Of a DNA stretch of 64,000 nucleotides, positions 1-8,641 are shown in pieces. The notes under the pieces are model-generated. The model had not been told where the DNA came from and searched no databases. It saw only the letters and a program-made list of their open reading frames with translations. Made by a program: the position numbers and the translations under genes. Source of the stretch: Bacteroidales bacterium UBA1205 (GTDB lineage: Bacteria > Bacteroidota > Bacteroidia > Bacteroidales > WCHB1-69); assembly GCA_002309615.1 (NCBI GenBank), contig DBXT01000057.1:3408-67407 (forward strand), in the 5' to 3' direction. Each line of letters starts with the position of its first letter. Position 1 is the first letter of the stretch.

Positions 1-1139
1 ATGTGCTTACAGCCGTATCTCCCAATCAGTTGATGGTAAAAATAGTACATGATGAATTGGTGCAATTGATGGGCAGTGAGCATACGGAGTTGAACATCAA
101 GGCCAATCCGAGTATTATATTAATGTCCGGTTTACAAGGTTCCGGTAAAACGACGCATAGTGCCAAGTTAGCTCATTTTCTCAAAACCAAGCGTTCCAAG
201 AAAGTGCTGTTGGTTGCTGCGGACGTGTATCGTCCTGCCGCTATAGACCAATTGAAAGTGTTGGGTGAGCAAATACAGGTGGATGTATTTTCTGAAGAAG
301 GCAATAGCAATCCGGTAAGTTTGGCAAAAAAAAGTGTGGAATATGCCAAAACCATGGGACACAATGTGGTGATTATAGATACGGCCGGTCGTTTAGCCAT
401 AGACGAAGAGATGATGCAGGAGATAGGCAATATCAAAGATGCCGTGCATCCGCATGAGATATTGTTTGTGGTAGACGCCATGACGGGACAGGATGCTGTC
501 AACACCGCCAAAGCCTTCAACGACAAATTGAATTTTGACGGGGTTATTCTCACCAAATTGGACGGGGATACCCGCGGCGGTGCCGCCCTTACCATCCGTT
601 ATGTGGTGCAAAAGCCTATAAAGTTTGTAGGTGTAGGAGAAAAAATAGAAGATTTGGATGAATTCTATCCTGCCCGTATGGCAGATAGAATACTCGGCAT
701 GGGCGATATTGTGGGTTTTGTGGAAAAAGCCCAAGAGCAATATGACGAGAAAGAGGCTCAATTGTTGCAGAAAAAATTGGCTAAAGACCAATTCAACTTC
801 AACGATTTTTTGGCACAAATCAACCAGATAAAGAAAATGGGGAATATGAAAAACCTCATGAGTATGATCCCCGGCATGGGCAAAGCCGTGGAAAATATGG
901 ATATAGATGAAAATGCTTTTAAGGGGATAGAGGCAATAATAGGTTCTATGACCCCCGAAGAAAGAGCCAACCCCGCCATCATCAACGGCAGTCGTCGTAA
1001 AAGAATAGCAGCCGGAAGCGGCACTACCATACAAGATGTAAACAAATTGTTGAAACAATTTGAAGGCACCAGAAAAATGATGAAAATGGTAGCTACCGGC
1101 GGTATAAAAAATACACTCAAAAACATTCAACGCAGATAG
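1..1139 (+). CDS. ffh: Signal recognition particle protein Ffh (5' truncated by window edge)
   Basis: [10 protein letters not shown]-loop, [19 protein letters not shown] and Met-rich M domain with [11 protein letters not shown]. Confidence 0.97.
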   Translation, partial: VLTAVSPNQLMVKIVHDELVQLMGSEHTELNIKANPSIILMSGLQGSGKTTHSAKLAHFLKTKRSKKVLLVAADVYRPAAIDQLKVLGEQIQVDVFSEEGNSNPVSLAKKSVEYAKTMGHNVVIIDTAGRLAIDEEMMQEIGNIKDAVHPHEILFVVDAMTGQDAVNTAKAFNDKLNFDGVILTKLDGDTRGGAALTIRYVVQKPIKFVGVGEKIEDLDEFYPARMADRILGMGDIVGFVEKAQEQYDEKEAQLLQKKLAKDQFNFNDFLAQINQIKKMGNMKNLMSMIPGMGKAVENMDIDENAFKGIEAIIGSMTPEERANPAIINGSRRKRIAAGSGTTIQDVNKLLKQFEGTRKMMKMVATGGIKNTLKNIQRR

Positions 1140-1140
1140 T

Positions 1141-2016
1141 ATGAATATTATAGACGGAAAATTAATAGCCAATCAAATTAAAAGCGAAATAGCTAAAGAA
1201 GTAGAACAATTGCGCAGCGACAAAGGAAGAGCTCCTCATTTAGCGGCAATATTGGTCGGGGACGACCCCGCAAGTCAGACTTACGTGGCTAACAAAGAAA
1301 AATCCTGTGCTGAAGTCGGCATGACTTCTTCGGTATATAAATTAGATGCTCATATTTCGGAAAAAGAGCTTATCCACACCATCAATTTTATTAATTCCGA
1401 TGATGAAATAGACGGGCTTATCGTGCAATTGCCCTTACCGGAACACATATCGGTAAACAAGGTGATAGCCGCTATCAATCCGTTGAAAGATGTAGATGGC
1501 TTTCATCCTGTTAATGTAGGAAAAATGGTGTTAGGCCAGCCTACCTATCTGCCCGCTACTCCCATGGGAATACAATTGCTTTTGCAACGCTCGGGAATAG
1601 ATACCGTCGGCAAGCATTGTGTGGTATTGGGTCGCAGCAATATAGTGGGAACGCCGGCAGCCATACTCATGTCCAGGAATTTGTCTTATGCCAATTGCAC
1701 CGTTACTTTGTGTCACAGTAAAACACAAAATTTACAGGCTATATGCCGCCAAGCCGATATATTAATTGCCGCTATCGGCAAATGTGAGATGATTACCGCC
1801 GATTATGTAAAAGAAGGGGCTACCGTAATAGATGTAGGTATACACAGGGTGGAAGATAATACCAAAAAATCGGGTTTTGGCTTAAAAGGCGATGTGAAAT
1901 ACGATGAAGTGGCTCCTAAATGTGAATATATCACTCCCGTACCCGGCGGGGTAGGGCCTATGACAATAGTAGGATTGCTTATCAACACGTTAAAAGCTTT
2001 TAAAAAAGAAATTTAA
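1141..2016 (+). CDS. folD: Bifunctional methylenetetrahydrofolate dehydrogenase/cyclohydrolase
   Basis: KDVDGFHP, GRSNIVG and ITPVPGGVGPMT motifs. Confidence 0.97.
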   Translation: MNIIDGKLIANQIKSEIAKEVEQLRSDKGRAPHLAAILVGDDPASQTYVANKEKSCAEVGMTSSVYKLDAHISEKELIHTINFINSDDEIDGLIVQLPLPEHISVNKVIAAINPLKDVDGFHPVNVGKMVLGQPTYLPATPMGIQLLLQRSGIDTVGKHCVVLGRSNIVGTPAAILMSRNLSYANCTVTLCHSKTQNLQAICRQADILIAAIGKCEMITADYVKEGATVIDVGIHRVEDNTKKSGFGLKGDVKYDEVAPKCEYITPVPGGVGPMTIVGLLINTLKAFKKEI

Positions 2017-2040
2017 AAGAAGGATAGTTAAAATGCTTAT

Positions 2041-2079
2041 AAAAAGAGGGTGAACTATTTTCAGTCACCCTCTTTTTTT
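2041..2079. terminator. Bidirectional intrinsic terminator between convergent folD and DUF3127 genes
   Basis: AAAAAGAGGGTGA...TCACCCTCTTTTTTT inverted repeat with A and T tracts on either side. Confidence 0.85.
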
Positions 2080-2095
2080 ATGTTTTTGTCTTTTT

Positions 2096-2491
2096 TTAAA
2101 AAGGCAAGTCATCGTTGTCCAAAGGAAATTCTTCTACAGGCTCGGGGGGTAAAGCAGAAGACGAAACCGGAGTGCCGGTGTTTTGTGGCGGTGTTGCTTG
2201 TTCCGGCTGTTGTGCGTTGGCAGGAGAAATTCTCCATGCACGGGCATCGGTATACCAGCTGCCGTTAAATTCTCTGGATTCTAAATTGAAAGATACCGAC
2301 ACTATACTATTAACAGGATAGAGCGATTCAAAATTATCGGTTTTTTCGTTCCACAGTTGGAAACATATTTTTTTGGGAAATTTATCAAAAGTTTCTATTA
2401 TAAAACTTTGTTTTTTCCATGTACCATTGCGGCCTGTTCCGCTTTGTAGGGGTAATATTTGAATTATTTTTCCTTTTACTTCAAGCTCCAT
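2096..2491 (-). CDS. DUF3127-family protein (SSB-like, acidic DDLPF tail)
   Basis: N-terminus MELEVKGKII...WKKQ.FIIET...PKKICF, SREFNGSWYTD motif, Pro/Gln-rich linker, terminal DDDLPF. Confidence 0.85.
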   Translation of the reverse strand: MELEVKGKIIQILPLQSGTGRNGTWKKQSFIIETFDKFPKKICFQLWNEKTDNFESLYPVNSIVSVSFNLESREFNGSWYTDARAWRISPANAQQPEQATPPQNTGTPVSSSALPPEPVEEFPLDNDDLPF

Positions 2492-2494
2492 GTT

Positions 2495-3730
2495 CTATAC
2501 TTTTTCTAATTTGTTAATTTCTTTTTGTAATTTTTTCGGCAATGTTTCTTTCATGCATTGGTGGCATTGCATATCCAGACTATACATTCTTCCTACGCAA
2601 TAGTTGCTGCGTTTGCAAGCCGAACGATAATTTTGGTCCCCTTCTTTCATGTGGTTGACAAAAGCGGGGTCGTTGACCAGCAAATGTCCTATCTGCATCA
2701 ATTCAAAACCTTCTTGTAGCACTGTTTCGCAGTTTTGCCTCCCTTGAATGCCGCCTACATAAATAAAATTGGCATCGGGGAATGTTTGTTTGAATTTTTT
2801 TGCCCAGTTCATGAAATACAATTCGTGATATTTGACAGTAGGGATAACTATTCTGCCACCGATGGCCAAACCTAATTTCAGCCACCAGAATTTTTTCATA
2901 TCCATATAGTATGCCAATGTTTTCAGCGGCATGGCCCCGCCGAGTATCAGCATGGGCGTATGGCTGACAGTACCTGCCGACAATACAATTCCATGAACGC
3001 CGTGCGCCAAAATATTTTTCACCACCTCCATGCCTTCTTCCATAGACATTCCGCGTCTATAGCCATCGGTCATATTGGTTTTCACCACCACAGCCATATC
3101 GTCTTTGGCATGTTGCATTACACAATCCAGCACCTCGTTCATAAACCGCATGCGGTTTTCCAGAGAACCTCCGTATTCATCGTGACGGCGGTTCAGACTC
3201 GGATTGATAAATTGTGAAATCAAATAGGCATGTCCGCAATGAATTTCCACACAGTCGAAGCCGCATTCACGGCAAAAATCCACCGCTTTTCCGAAACTTT
3301 GCACTATGCGGTGTATTTCCTCTTTTGTAATGCCGCGATAAATGGTGGGAGAATAAAGGTTAAAACCGCTGGAAGGACCATAAGGTGTGCATTTACAAAC
3401 AGCTCGGTGAGTCATATTGCCGCAATGTCCCAGTTGTATACCGGCTTTGGCACCTTCTGCATGTATGGCGTCGGTAAGTTTTTTCATACCGGGCTTTATC
3501 TCATCGTGAATATATAGTTGTCCGTCAAAACTGGCACCGGAACGCTCCACCGCACAATAGGCAACAGTAGTCATGCCTACACCGCCTTTTGCAACGGCAA
3601 CATGATAATCTTCCAACTGCTGCGTCGGCTCATTGTTAGTACACATGTTTTCAAAGGCCGCCGAGCGAATAATTCTGTTTCTCAATGTTATCGGACCTAA
3701 TTGATAAGGGGTGAAAAGTTTGGATTCCAT
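2495..3730 (-). CDS. NADH:flavin oxidoreductase (old yellow enzyme family); candidate steroid 5-beta-reductase
   Basis: LRNRIIRSA, QLGHCG, EIHCGHAYLISQF and NRRHDEYGGSLENRMRF motifs; adjacent to a steroid 5-alpha-reductase. Confidence 0.88.
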   Translation of the reverse strand: MESKLFTPYQLGPITLRNRIIRSAAFENMCTNNEPTQQLEDYHVAVAKGGVGMTTVAYCAVERSGASFDGQLYIHDEIKPGMKKLTDAIHAEGAKAGIQLGHCGNMTHRAVCKCTPYGPSSGFNLYSPTIYRGITKEEIHRIVQSFGKAVDFCRECGFDCVEIHCGHAYLISQFINPSLNRRHDEYGGSLENRMRFMNEVLDCVMQHAKDDMAVVVKTNMTDGYRRGMSMEEGMEVVKNILAHGVHGIVLSAGTVSHTPMLILGGAMPLKTLAYYMDMKKFWWLKLGLAIGGRIVIPTVKYHELYFMNWAKKFKQTFPDANFIYVGGIQGRQNCETVLQEGFELMQIGHLLVNDPAFVNHMKEGDQNYRSACKRSNYCVGRMYSLDMQCHQCMKETLPKKLQKEINKLEKV

Positions 3731-3752
3731 TATTGATGTATTTTATTGTCAA

Positions 3753-4514
3753 TTAATATATAAACGGAAAGACTCTTTTTAGATGCTTTCCTTCCATTTC
3801 TTCTGCAAATTCTATTTTATATTGTTCGTGTATGGCGTGGGCGCGGGGAACCAAATTGGCAAAGGTCCATATAAAGAACACCAATGCAGGCAGTGACCAA
3901 GTAAGTATGGCAAAGGCCAGCCATTCTAACAATTCGCCAAAGTAGTTGGCAGAAGTCACATAGTTAAACAATCCTCCGTGCGGCAAATAATGTTTGGTAT
4001 CTCCCGGTGCTCGCAGATGGCGTATGCGGTAGTCGGAGCGTAAGTTAATAATCCATCCTGTAAAAAACAACAGTGTGCCTATAATAAATTGGGGTGATGC
4101 CAGCCATTTTACGGTGTATTTGTCTGCAGGTGCCAAATAAAACAGCCATAAGCCTTGCATGGCGGCATTGGCAATGTTGAAAACAATTCCCATAAGCATG
4201 GTGGCTATTGACATTTTGCTATTGCCCCGTATTAAAAACGGAAAAATGAAAGAACGTTGTATGTAGTGTATTTCAAAAATAATCAAAAACACAAACGGAA
4301 CCAATTCATTGCGTCGTTCACTGAACAACCACAGCAATATCATGCATATACAAACAGGTGCTTCCATCAGTACCCATGCCAATTTGTTGTTGATGGCATA
4401 TCCCCATTTTTTGTTTGTAAATATGCCGTAACTTGCTTTGATAAAATAAAGAGAGATAAACACGATGATGGCTGTCAACACCATTACGCACAAAAAAATA
4501 TTATATGCTTTCAT
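3753..4514 (-). CDS. 3-oxo-5-alpha-steroid 4-dehydrogenase (steroid 5-alpha-reductase family) membrane protein
   Basis: AWVLME, HYIQRSFIFP, NLRSD, GGLFNYVTSANYFGELLEW and NLVPRA motifs with several TM segments; start moved to MKAYN (4514). Confidence 0.9.
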   Translation of the reverse strand: MKAYNIFLCVMVLTAIIVFISLYFIKASYGIFTNKKWGYAINNKLAWVLMEAPVCICMILLWLFSERRNELVPFVFLIIFEIHYIQRSFIFPFLIRGNSKMSIATMLMGIVFNIANAAMQGLWLFYLAPADKYTVKWLASPQFIIGTLLFFTGWIINLRSDYRIRHLRAPGDTKHYLPHGGLFNYVTSANYFGELLEWLAFAILTWSLPALVFFIWTFANLVPRAHAIHEQYKIEFAEEMEGKHLKRVFPFIY

Positions 4515-4650
4515 ATTTTTAAAAAAAGCAAAGATACCATTTTTTAAAATAAGCATGCCGTGGGGTAATATTATTTTTTTTCGTTTTTGCGACTTTGCAA
4601 AATATATTCACAAAAATTAAGATTTTAAGTGTTATGTGAATAGTTTTTTG

Positions 4651-4658
4651 TATCTTTG
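4651..4658 (+). promoter_or_regulatory. Bacteroidota -7 promoter element for pfk
   Basis: TATCTTTG(CA) matches TAnnTTTG, 30 nt upstream of ATG 4689. Confidence 0.6.
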
Positions 4659-4688
4659 CAAAATGGTTTTAGAATAAAAAATAAAGAT

Positions 4689-5924
4689 ATGCAACATATA
4701 GAAAAATTATTCAAAGGTAAAACAGTAGCTATTTTATCGGGTGGAGGAGATACTCCGGCAATTAATTCAAGTATAGAGAACATACGTAACAGGGCGCTTA
4801 TTCTGGGCTTTAAAGTGTATGGAATACGCCAAGGTTGGAAAGGCCTGTTGGGAGAAGGAGATATAGTGGATTTAACCAATCAGCCGTACAATGGTGCATA
4901 TGGTGGAACAGCCTTGTGTTCCAGCAGAACCAATCCTTTTCCTTCGGAAAAAAATCCTGAAGACAGAGTGCCGCAAATAGTGGCTAACCTCAAACGTTAT
5001 AAAATAGATGTACTCATTACCATAGGCGGCGATGATACTAACGGAGCAGCCAAACGTTTGTACGAAAGAGAAGGTATTCCTGTAATAGGTTTCCCCAAAA
5101 CCATAGATAACGATTTGCGTACCCGTACCATCCATACTTACGAGGGAAAAGAAATAGAAGCAGTGCTTTGTCCGGGCTATCCCACCGCAGCTTTGAGAGT
5201 GAGTGAAATGGCCCGTCATTTGCGTTCTACCAACGAATCGCATCAAAGAATCATGGTGTTGGAGGTAATGGGCAGGGATGCCGGTTGGCTTACCGGAAGT
5301 GCCGTTTTCGGCGGTGCCGAATTGGCATTGGTACCCGAATATGAAATGACAGCCGAACGCAAAGAAAGATTTTTCAATGTGGTAAAAGAAAAATACCAAG
5401 AAAAGAAAAATTTAATAATAGCAGTTTCAGAAGGTGTTCGTTGGTGGGATGAAGCCTCCGAAAAATTGAGCATGGTGTATGCCAGCTCCGAAACAGACGA
5501 ATACGGACATCCTCGTTTTGGCGGTGTTAGCGGTGTAATAGCCTCCGAAATCTCCAATCGTTTAGGAATATCCGCTCGCTCACAAATATCCGGCTATTAT
5601 CCTCGTTCGGGTTTTTGTTGTGAATACGACAAATTGCTCACATCCACTTTAGCCGACAAAGTGTTGGATTTGTTGTTGAGAGAAGATTACGGTAAAATGC
5701 CTGTGATGAATAAAATAGTTCCCAGAGAGCAATTAGAGGAATATAACACTTCCACCATAGATATGGGTTGCATAGGAAACAGGCCGTTGCAAGATGCTTA
5801 TTACGACACCGATAATTTTATCTTTACCGATGCCTATGTCAATTTCTTGTCAAATATATTAGGAAAGCCCTATTTGCCAGAGTTCGGCTATAAGTTCGCG
5901 AAGGTTAATCCGGATATGTTATAG
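4689..5924 (+). CDS. 6-phosphofructokinase family protein, PPi-dependent signature
   Basis: GGGDTP, SSRTNP, GGDDT, PKTIDND, EVMGRDAGW and VSEG motifs; start moved to MQHIEK. Confidence 0.88.
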   Translation: MQHIEKLFKGKTVAILSGGGDTPAINSSIENIRNRALILGFKVYGIRQGWKGLLGEGDIVDLTNQPYNGAYGGTALCSSRTNPFPSEKNPEDRVPQIVANLKRYKIDVLITIGGDDTNGAAKRLYEREGIPVIGFPKTIDNDLRTRTIHTYEGKEIEAVLCPGYPTAALRVSEMARHLRSTNESHQRIMVLEVMGRDAGWLTGSAVFGGAELALVPEYEMTAERKERFFNVVKEKYQEKKNLIIAVSEGVRWWDEASEKLSMVYASSETDEYGHPRFGGVSGVIASEISNRLGISARSQISGYYPRSGFCCEYDKLLTSTLADKVLDLLLREDYGKMPVMNKIVPREQLEEYNTSTIDMGCIGNRPLQDAYYDTDNFIFTDAYVNFLSNILGKPYLPEFGYKFAKVNPDML

Positions 5925-5986
5925 TCCGTTAAATATTGGTTTGGCATCCTTTTGGTATATACAAAAAGTATAGATAATTCAAAAGT

Positions 5987-6406
5987 ATGAAGAAGGTAGT
6001 TTTGATAATGGTTTGTGCACTATTTAATATTACTATATATGCACAGCAGAGTAAGACAACAACAACACACAAAACCACGGTAACGCAACCGGAGAAAGCT
6101 TATTTTGCATTAGACACCCAGCAGGTGTCTTTTGGCAGGCTTACTATCGGTAATGCCAAAACCATGGAAGTGAAATTTACCAACACAGGTAAAAAAACAT
6201 TGGTGTTGATGGATGTATATACCAATTGCGGATGCACCACGGTAGACTGGCCGAAAGATCCGTTTGCTCCCGGTAAATCGGGGGTGATAAAAATAACCTA
6301 TAATCCTACGGAAGAAGGTCCGTTTAATAAGGCCGTGTGGATATATACCAATGCTTCCAACAAACAGGAGGAAATAAAAATAGAAGGTTTTGTAGTAGAA
6401 AAATAA
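5987..6406 (+). CDS. Exported DUF1573 (Ig-like) domain protein
   Basis: Signal peptide; F.NTG..LV...NCGCT..WPK.P.APG motif. Confidence 0.85.
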   Translation: MKKVVLIMVCALFNITIYAQQSKTTTTHKTTVTQPEKAYFALDTQQVSFGRLTIGNAKTMEVKFTNTGKKTLVLMDVYTNCGCTTVDWPKDPFAPGKSGVIKITYNPTEEGPFNKAVWIYTNASNKQEEIKIEGFVVEK

Positions 6407-6422
6407 TTAAAAATACAATGTT

Positions 6423-6896
6423 ATGAAAAAGGTGTTTTCATTAATAGGAGTGTTATGCATATTGAGTATTAATATGGCATTTGCACAAGCAGATAAAACA
6501 ACTTCCAAAGTAAAAAAAGGAAGAGTGCCTGAAATAACGTTTGATAAGATGGAACATGATTATGGCACTATATACGAAGGAGATAACGGCACTTGTGAAT
6601 TTAAATTCAAAAACACGGGAAAAGAGCCTTTAATATTAAGCAATGTATATTCCAGTTGCGGATGCACCGTTCCTACATGGCCCAAAGAGGCTATTATGCC
6701 CGGCAAAACAGCCGTGATAGGGGTAAAATACAACACCAGCCGTATAGGTGTTATCAACAAAAAAATAACGGTGATATCCAATGCAGAAGCATCACCGAGG
6801 GTGGAATTGCAGATAAAAGGAAATGTAAAGCCTAAAGCAGAGGCGGAATATCCCGAAAAAGCACAAAGCCCTATGCAAGCCAAGCCGACGAAATAA
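6423..6896 (+). CDS. Exported DUF1573 (Ig-like) domain protein, tandem paralogue
   Basis: Signal peptide ending AFA-Q; HDYG...FKFKNTGKEPLIL..V.SSCGCTVP.WPKE.I.PG. Confidence 0.88.
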   Translation: MKKVFSLIGVLCILSINMAFAQADKTTSKVKKGRVPEITFDKMEHDYGTIYEGDNGTCEFKFKNTGKEPLILSNVYSSCGCTVPTWPKEAIMPGKTAVIGVKYNTSRIGVINKKITVISNAEASPRVELQIKGNVKPKAEAEYPEKAQSPMQAKPTK

Positions 6897-6911
6897 TATT
6901 TTGCTTTTGGA

Positions 6912-8177
6912 ATGAAAGCAAAATATAGTTTTCTGTTGGCATTTTGTTTGTTGATAGTAGTTTCAACACATGCTTCCTATTTGCTTATCCCCATGGATAA
7001 GTCTCAAACCAACCATCTAAAATCGTATGGAATAGCCTATTGGTTGTTGCAACAAGAGGTGGAAGTGAGTTGGTTGCTCAATTATAGGGGCGGAAGTTTT
7101 ATGTGTACCTATAACGAATCTTTTGTTTCCGAATGTAAAATTCGAGGGGTGAGTTATCAAGTGTTAGCCGATGTACAGGCAACGGCTATTTTGAGTCAAA
7201 TAGCACAGCAAGATGAAAACATGTGTGAAATAAAACTCAACAAGGCTCCCCGTATAGCCGTGTATTCTCCCAAAAACAAATTACCATGGGATGATGCCGT
7301 TACTTTGGTGCTGACTTACGCCGAAATTCCTTACGATGTAATATACGATGAAGAAGTGTATGCGGGAGTGCTGCCCGGTTACGATTGGCTGCATTTGCAT
7401 CATGAGGATTTTACCGGTCAATACGGAAAGTTTTGGGCCAATTATCACAACGCACAATGGTATAAAGAAGATGTACAACAGCAAGAAGCCATGGCCAAAA
7501 AGTTAGGCTTTTCCAAGGTTTCGTTGTTGAAATTGGCGGTAGCCAAAAAAATAAGGGATTTTGTTGCAGGAGGAGGTTATATGTTTGCCATGTGTTCCGC
7601 TCCGGACAGTTTTGATATTGCTTTAGCGGCAGAAGGGGTGGATATATGTGATGTTCCTTTTGACGGAGACCCTATGACCCCTAATGCACAAGACAAACTT
7701 AACTTTGACAACACCCTCGCATTTTATAATTTTCATATATCTACCAATCCTTATGAATATGAGGTGTCGGATATAGATATCAATCCTTCGGTGCATAGAA
7801 CCAACAGAAATAGTGATTTTTTCACCTTGTTTGACTTTTCCGCCAAATGGGACCCCGTACCCACCATGTTGTGTCAAAATCACTATCAGGTGCTCAGAGG
7901 GTTTATGGGTCAGACAACGGCTTTTAGAAAAGACAAAATAAAACCCAATATTACCGTACTGGGAGAAAATAAAGCCATGGATGAAGTGCGTTATATTCAC
8001 GGAAGTTACGGAAAAGGCACTTTCACCTTTTTAGGCGGGCACGACCCCGAAGATTACGAACATTATGTCGGTGACCCTCCTACCGATTTGAATTTATATC
8101 CCAATTCGGAAGGATATAGATTAATATTAAATAATGTATTGTTTCCGGCAGCCAAAAAAGAAAAACACAAAACCTAA
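6912..8177 (+). CDS. Conserved exported protein of the Bacteroidota family often labelled asparagine synthetase B; function unknown
   Basis: Signal peptide; WLLNYRGGSF, PWDDAVTLVLTYAEIPYD, YDWLHLHHEDFTGQYGKF, FAMCSA and GGHDPEDY motifs; no N-terminal Cys or ATP-pyrophosphatase motif. Confidence 0.75.
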   Translation: MKAKYSFLLAFCLLIVVSTHASYLLIPMDKSQTNHLKSYGIAYWLLQQEVEVSWLLNYRGGSFMCTYNESFVSECKIRGVSYQVLADVQATAILSQIAQQDENMCEIKLNKAPRIAVYSPKNKLPWDDAVTLVLTYAEIPYDVIYDEEVYAGVLPGYDWLHLHHEDFTGQYGKFWANYHNAQWYKEDVQQQEAMAKKLGFSKVSLLKLAVAKKIRDFVAGGGYMFAMCSAPDSFDIALAAEGVDICDVPFDGDPMTPNAQDKLNFDNTLAFYNFHISTNPYEYEVSDIDINPSVHRTNRNSDFFTLFDFSAKWDPVPTMLCQNHYQVLRGFMGQTTAFRKDKIKPNITVLGENKAMDEVRYIHGSYGKGTFTFLGGHDPEDYEHYVGDPPTDLNLYPNSEGYRLILNNVLFPAAKKEKHKT

Positions 8178-8182
8178 AATTT

Positions 8183-8488
8183 ATGTTCAATAGACGAATA
8201 TTCAAAAATATACATTACAGTATTATATTATTGGTTTTGACCGTTTTTTGTCTTACCGTAAGTTCGTGCCGCACTGCCGGAGAAAGAGCTCAAATACAAG
8301 TTGCCAAAGCTCAAGAGCAAAAGAGGAAAGAAGGTTATAAAGAATATAAAAAAGCCTACAAGCGGCATTTGGAAAATCAAAGCAAAGATACACGCAAGCG
8401 TATAAAAAAACAAATACGGGCTAAAAAGAAAGAATACCGCCGACAGGGCATGGGTGGCCGGTTCAAACCCGCCTGCATTCCGGACTGA
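8183..8488 (+). CDS. Small, very basic putative lipoprotein
   Basis: Hydrophobic N-terminus ending in lipobox-like VSSC; Lys/Arg-rich helical body; 5-nt gap after the upstream gene. Confidence 0.6.
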   Translation: MFNRRIFKNIHYSIILLVLTVFCLTVSSCRTAGERAQIQVAKAQEQKRKEGYKEYKKAYKRHLENQSKDTRKRIKKQIRAKKKEYRRQGMGGRFKPACIPD

Positions 8489-8617
8489 TTTTTTTATTTC
8501 AACAAAAAATTGTTGAAACTATTATACGAACAATTTTATTAGATTGTTTATTAGGTATTTAAGTTTTCAACAGCATTGTTTTCTATATAAAAAGTTATTT
8601 TGTATTGAAAATATTGG

Positions 8618-8625
8618 TATTTTTG
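8618..8625 (+). promoter_or_regulatory. Probable -7 promoter element of the TBDR/cargo/PorV unit
   Basis: TATTTTTG in the 153-bp AT-rich gap upstream of 8642. Confidence 0.45.
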
Positions 8626-8641
8626 TCAGTCTGAAAAAGTA

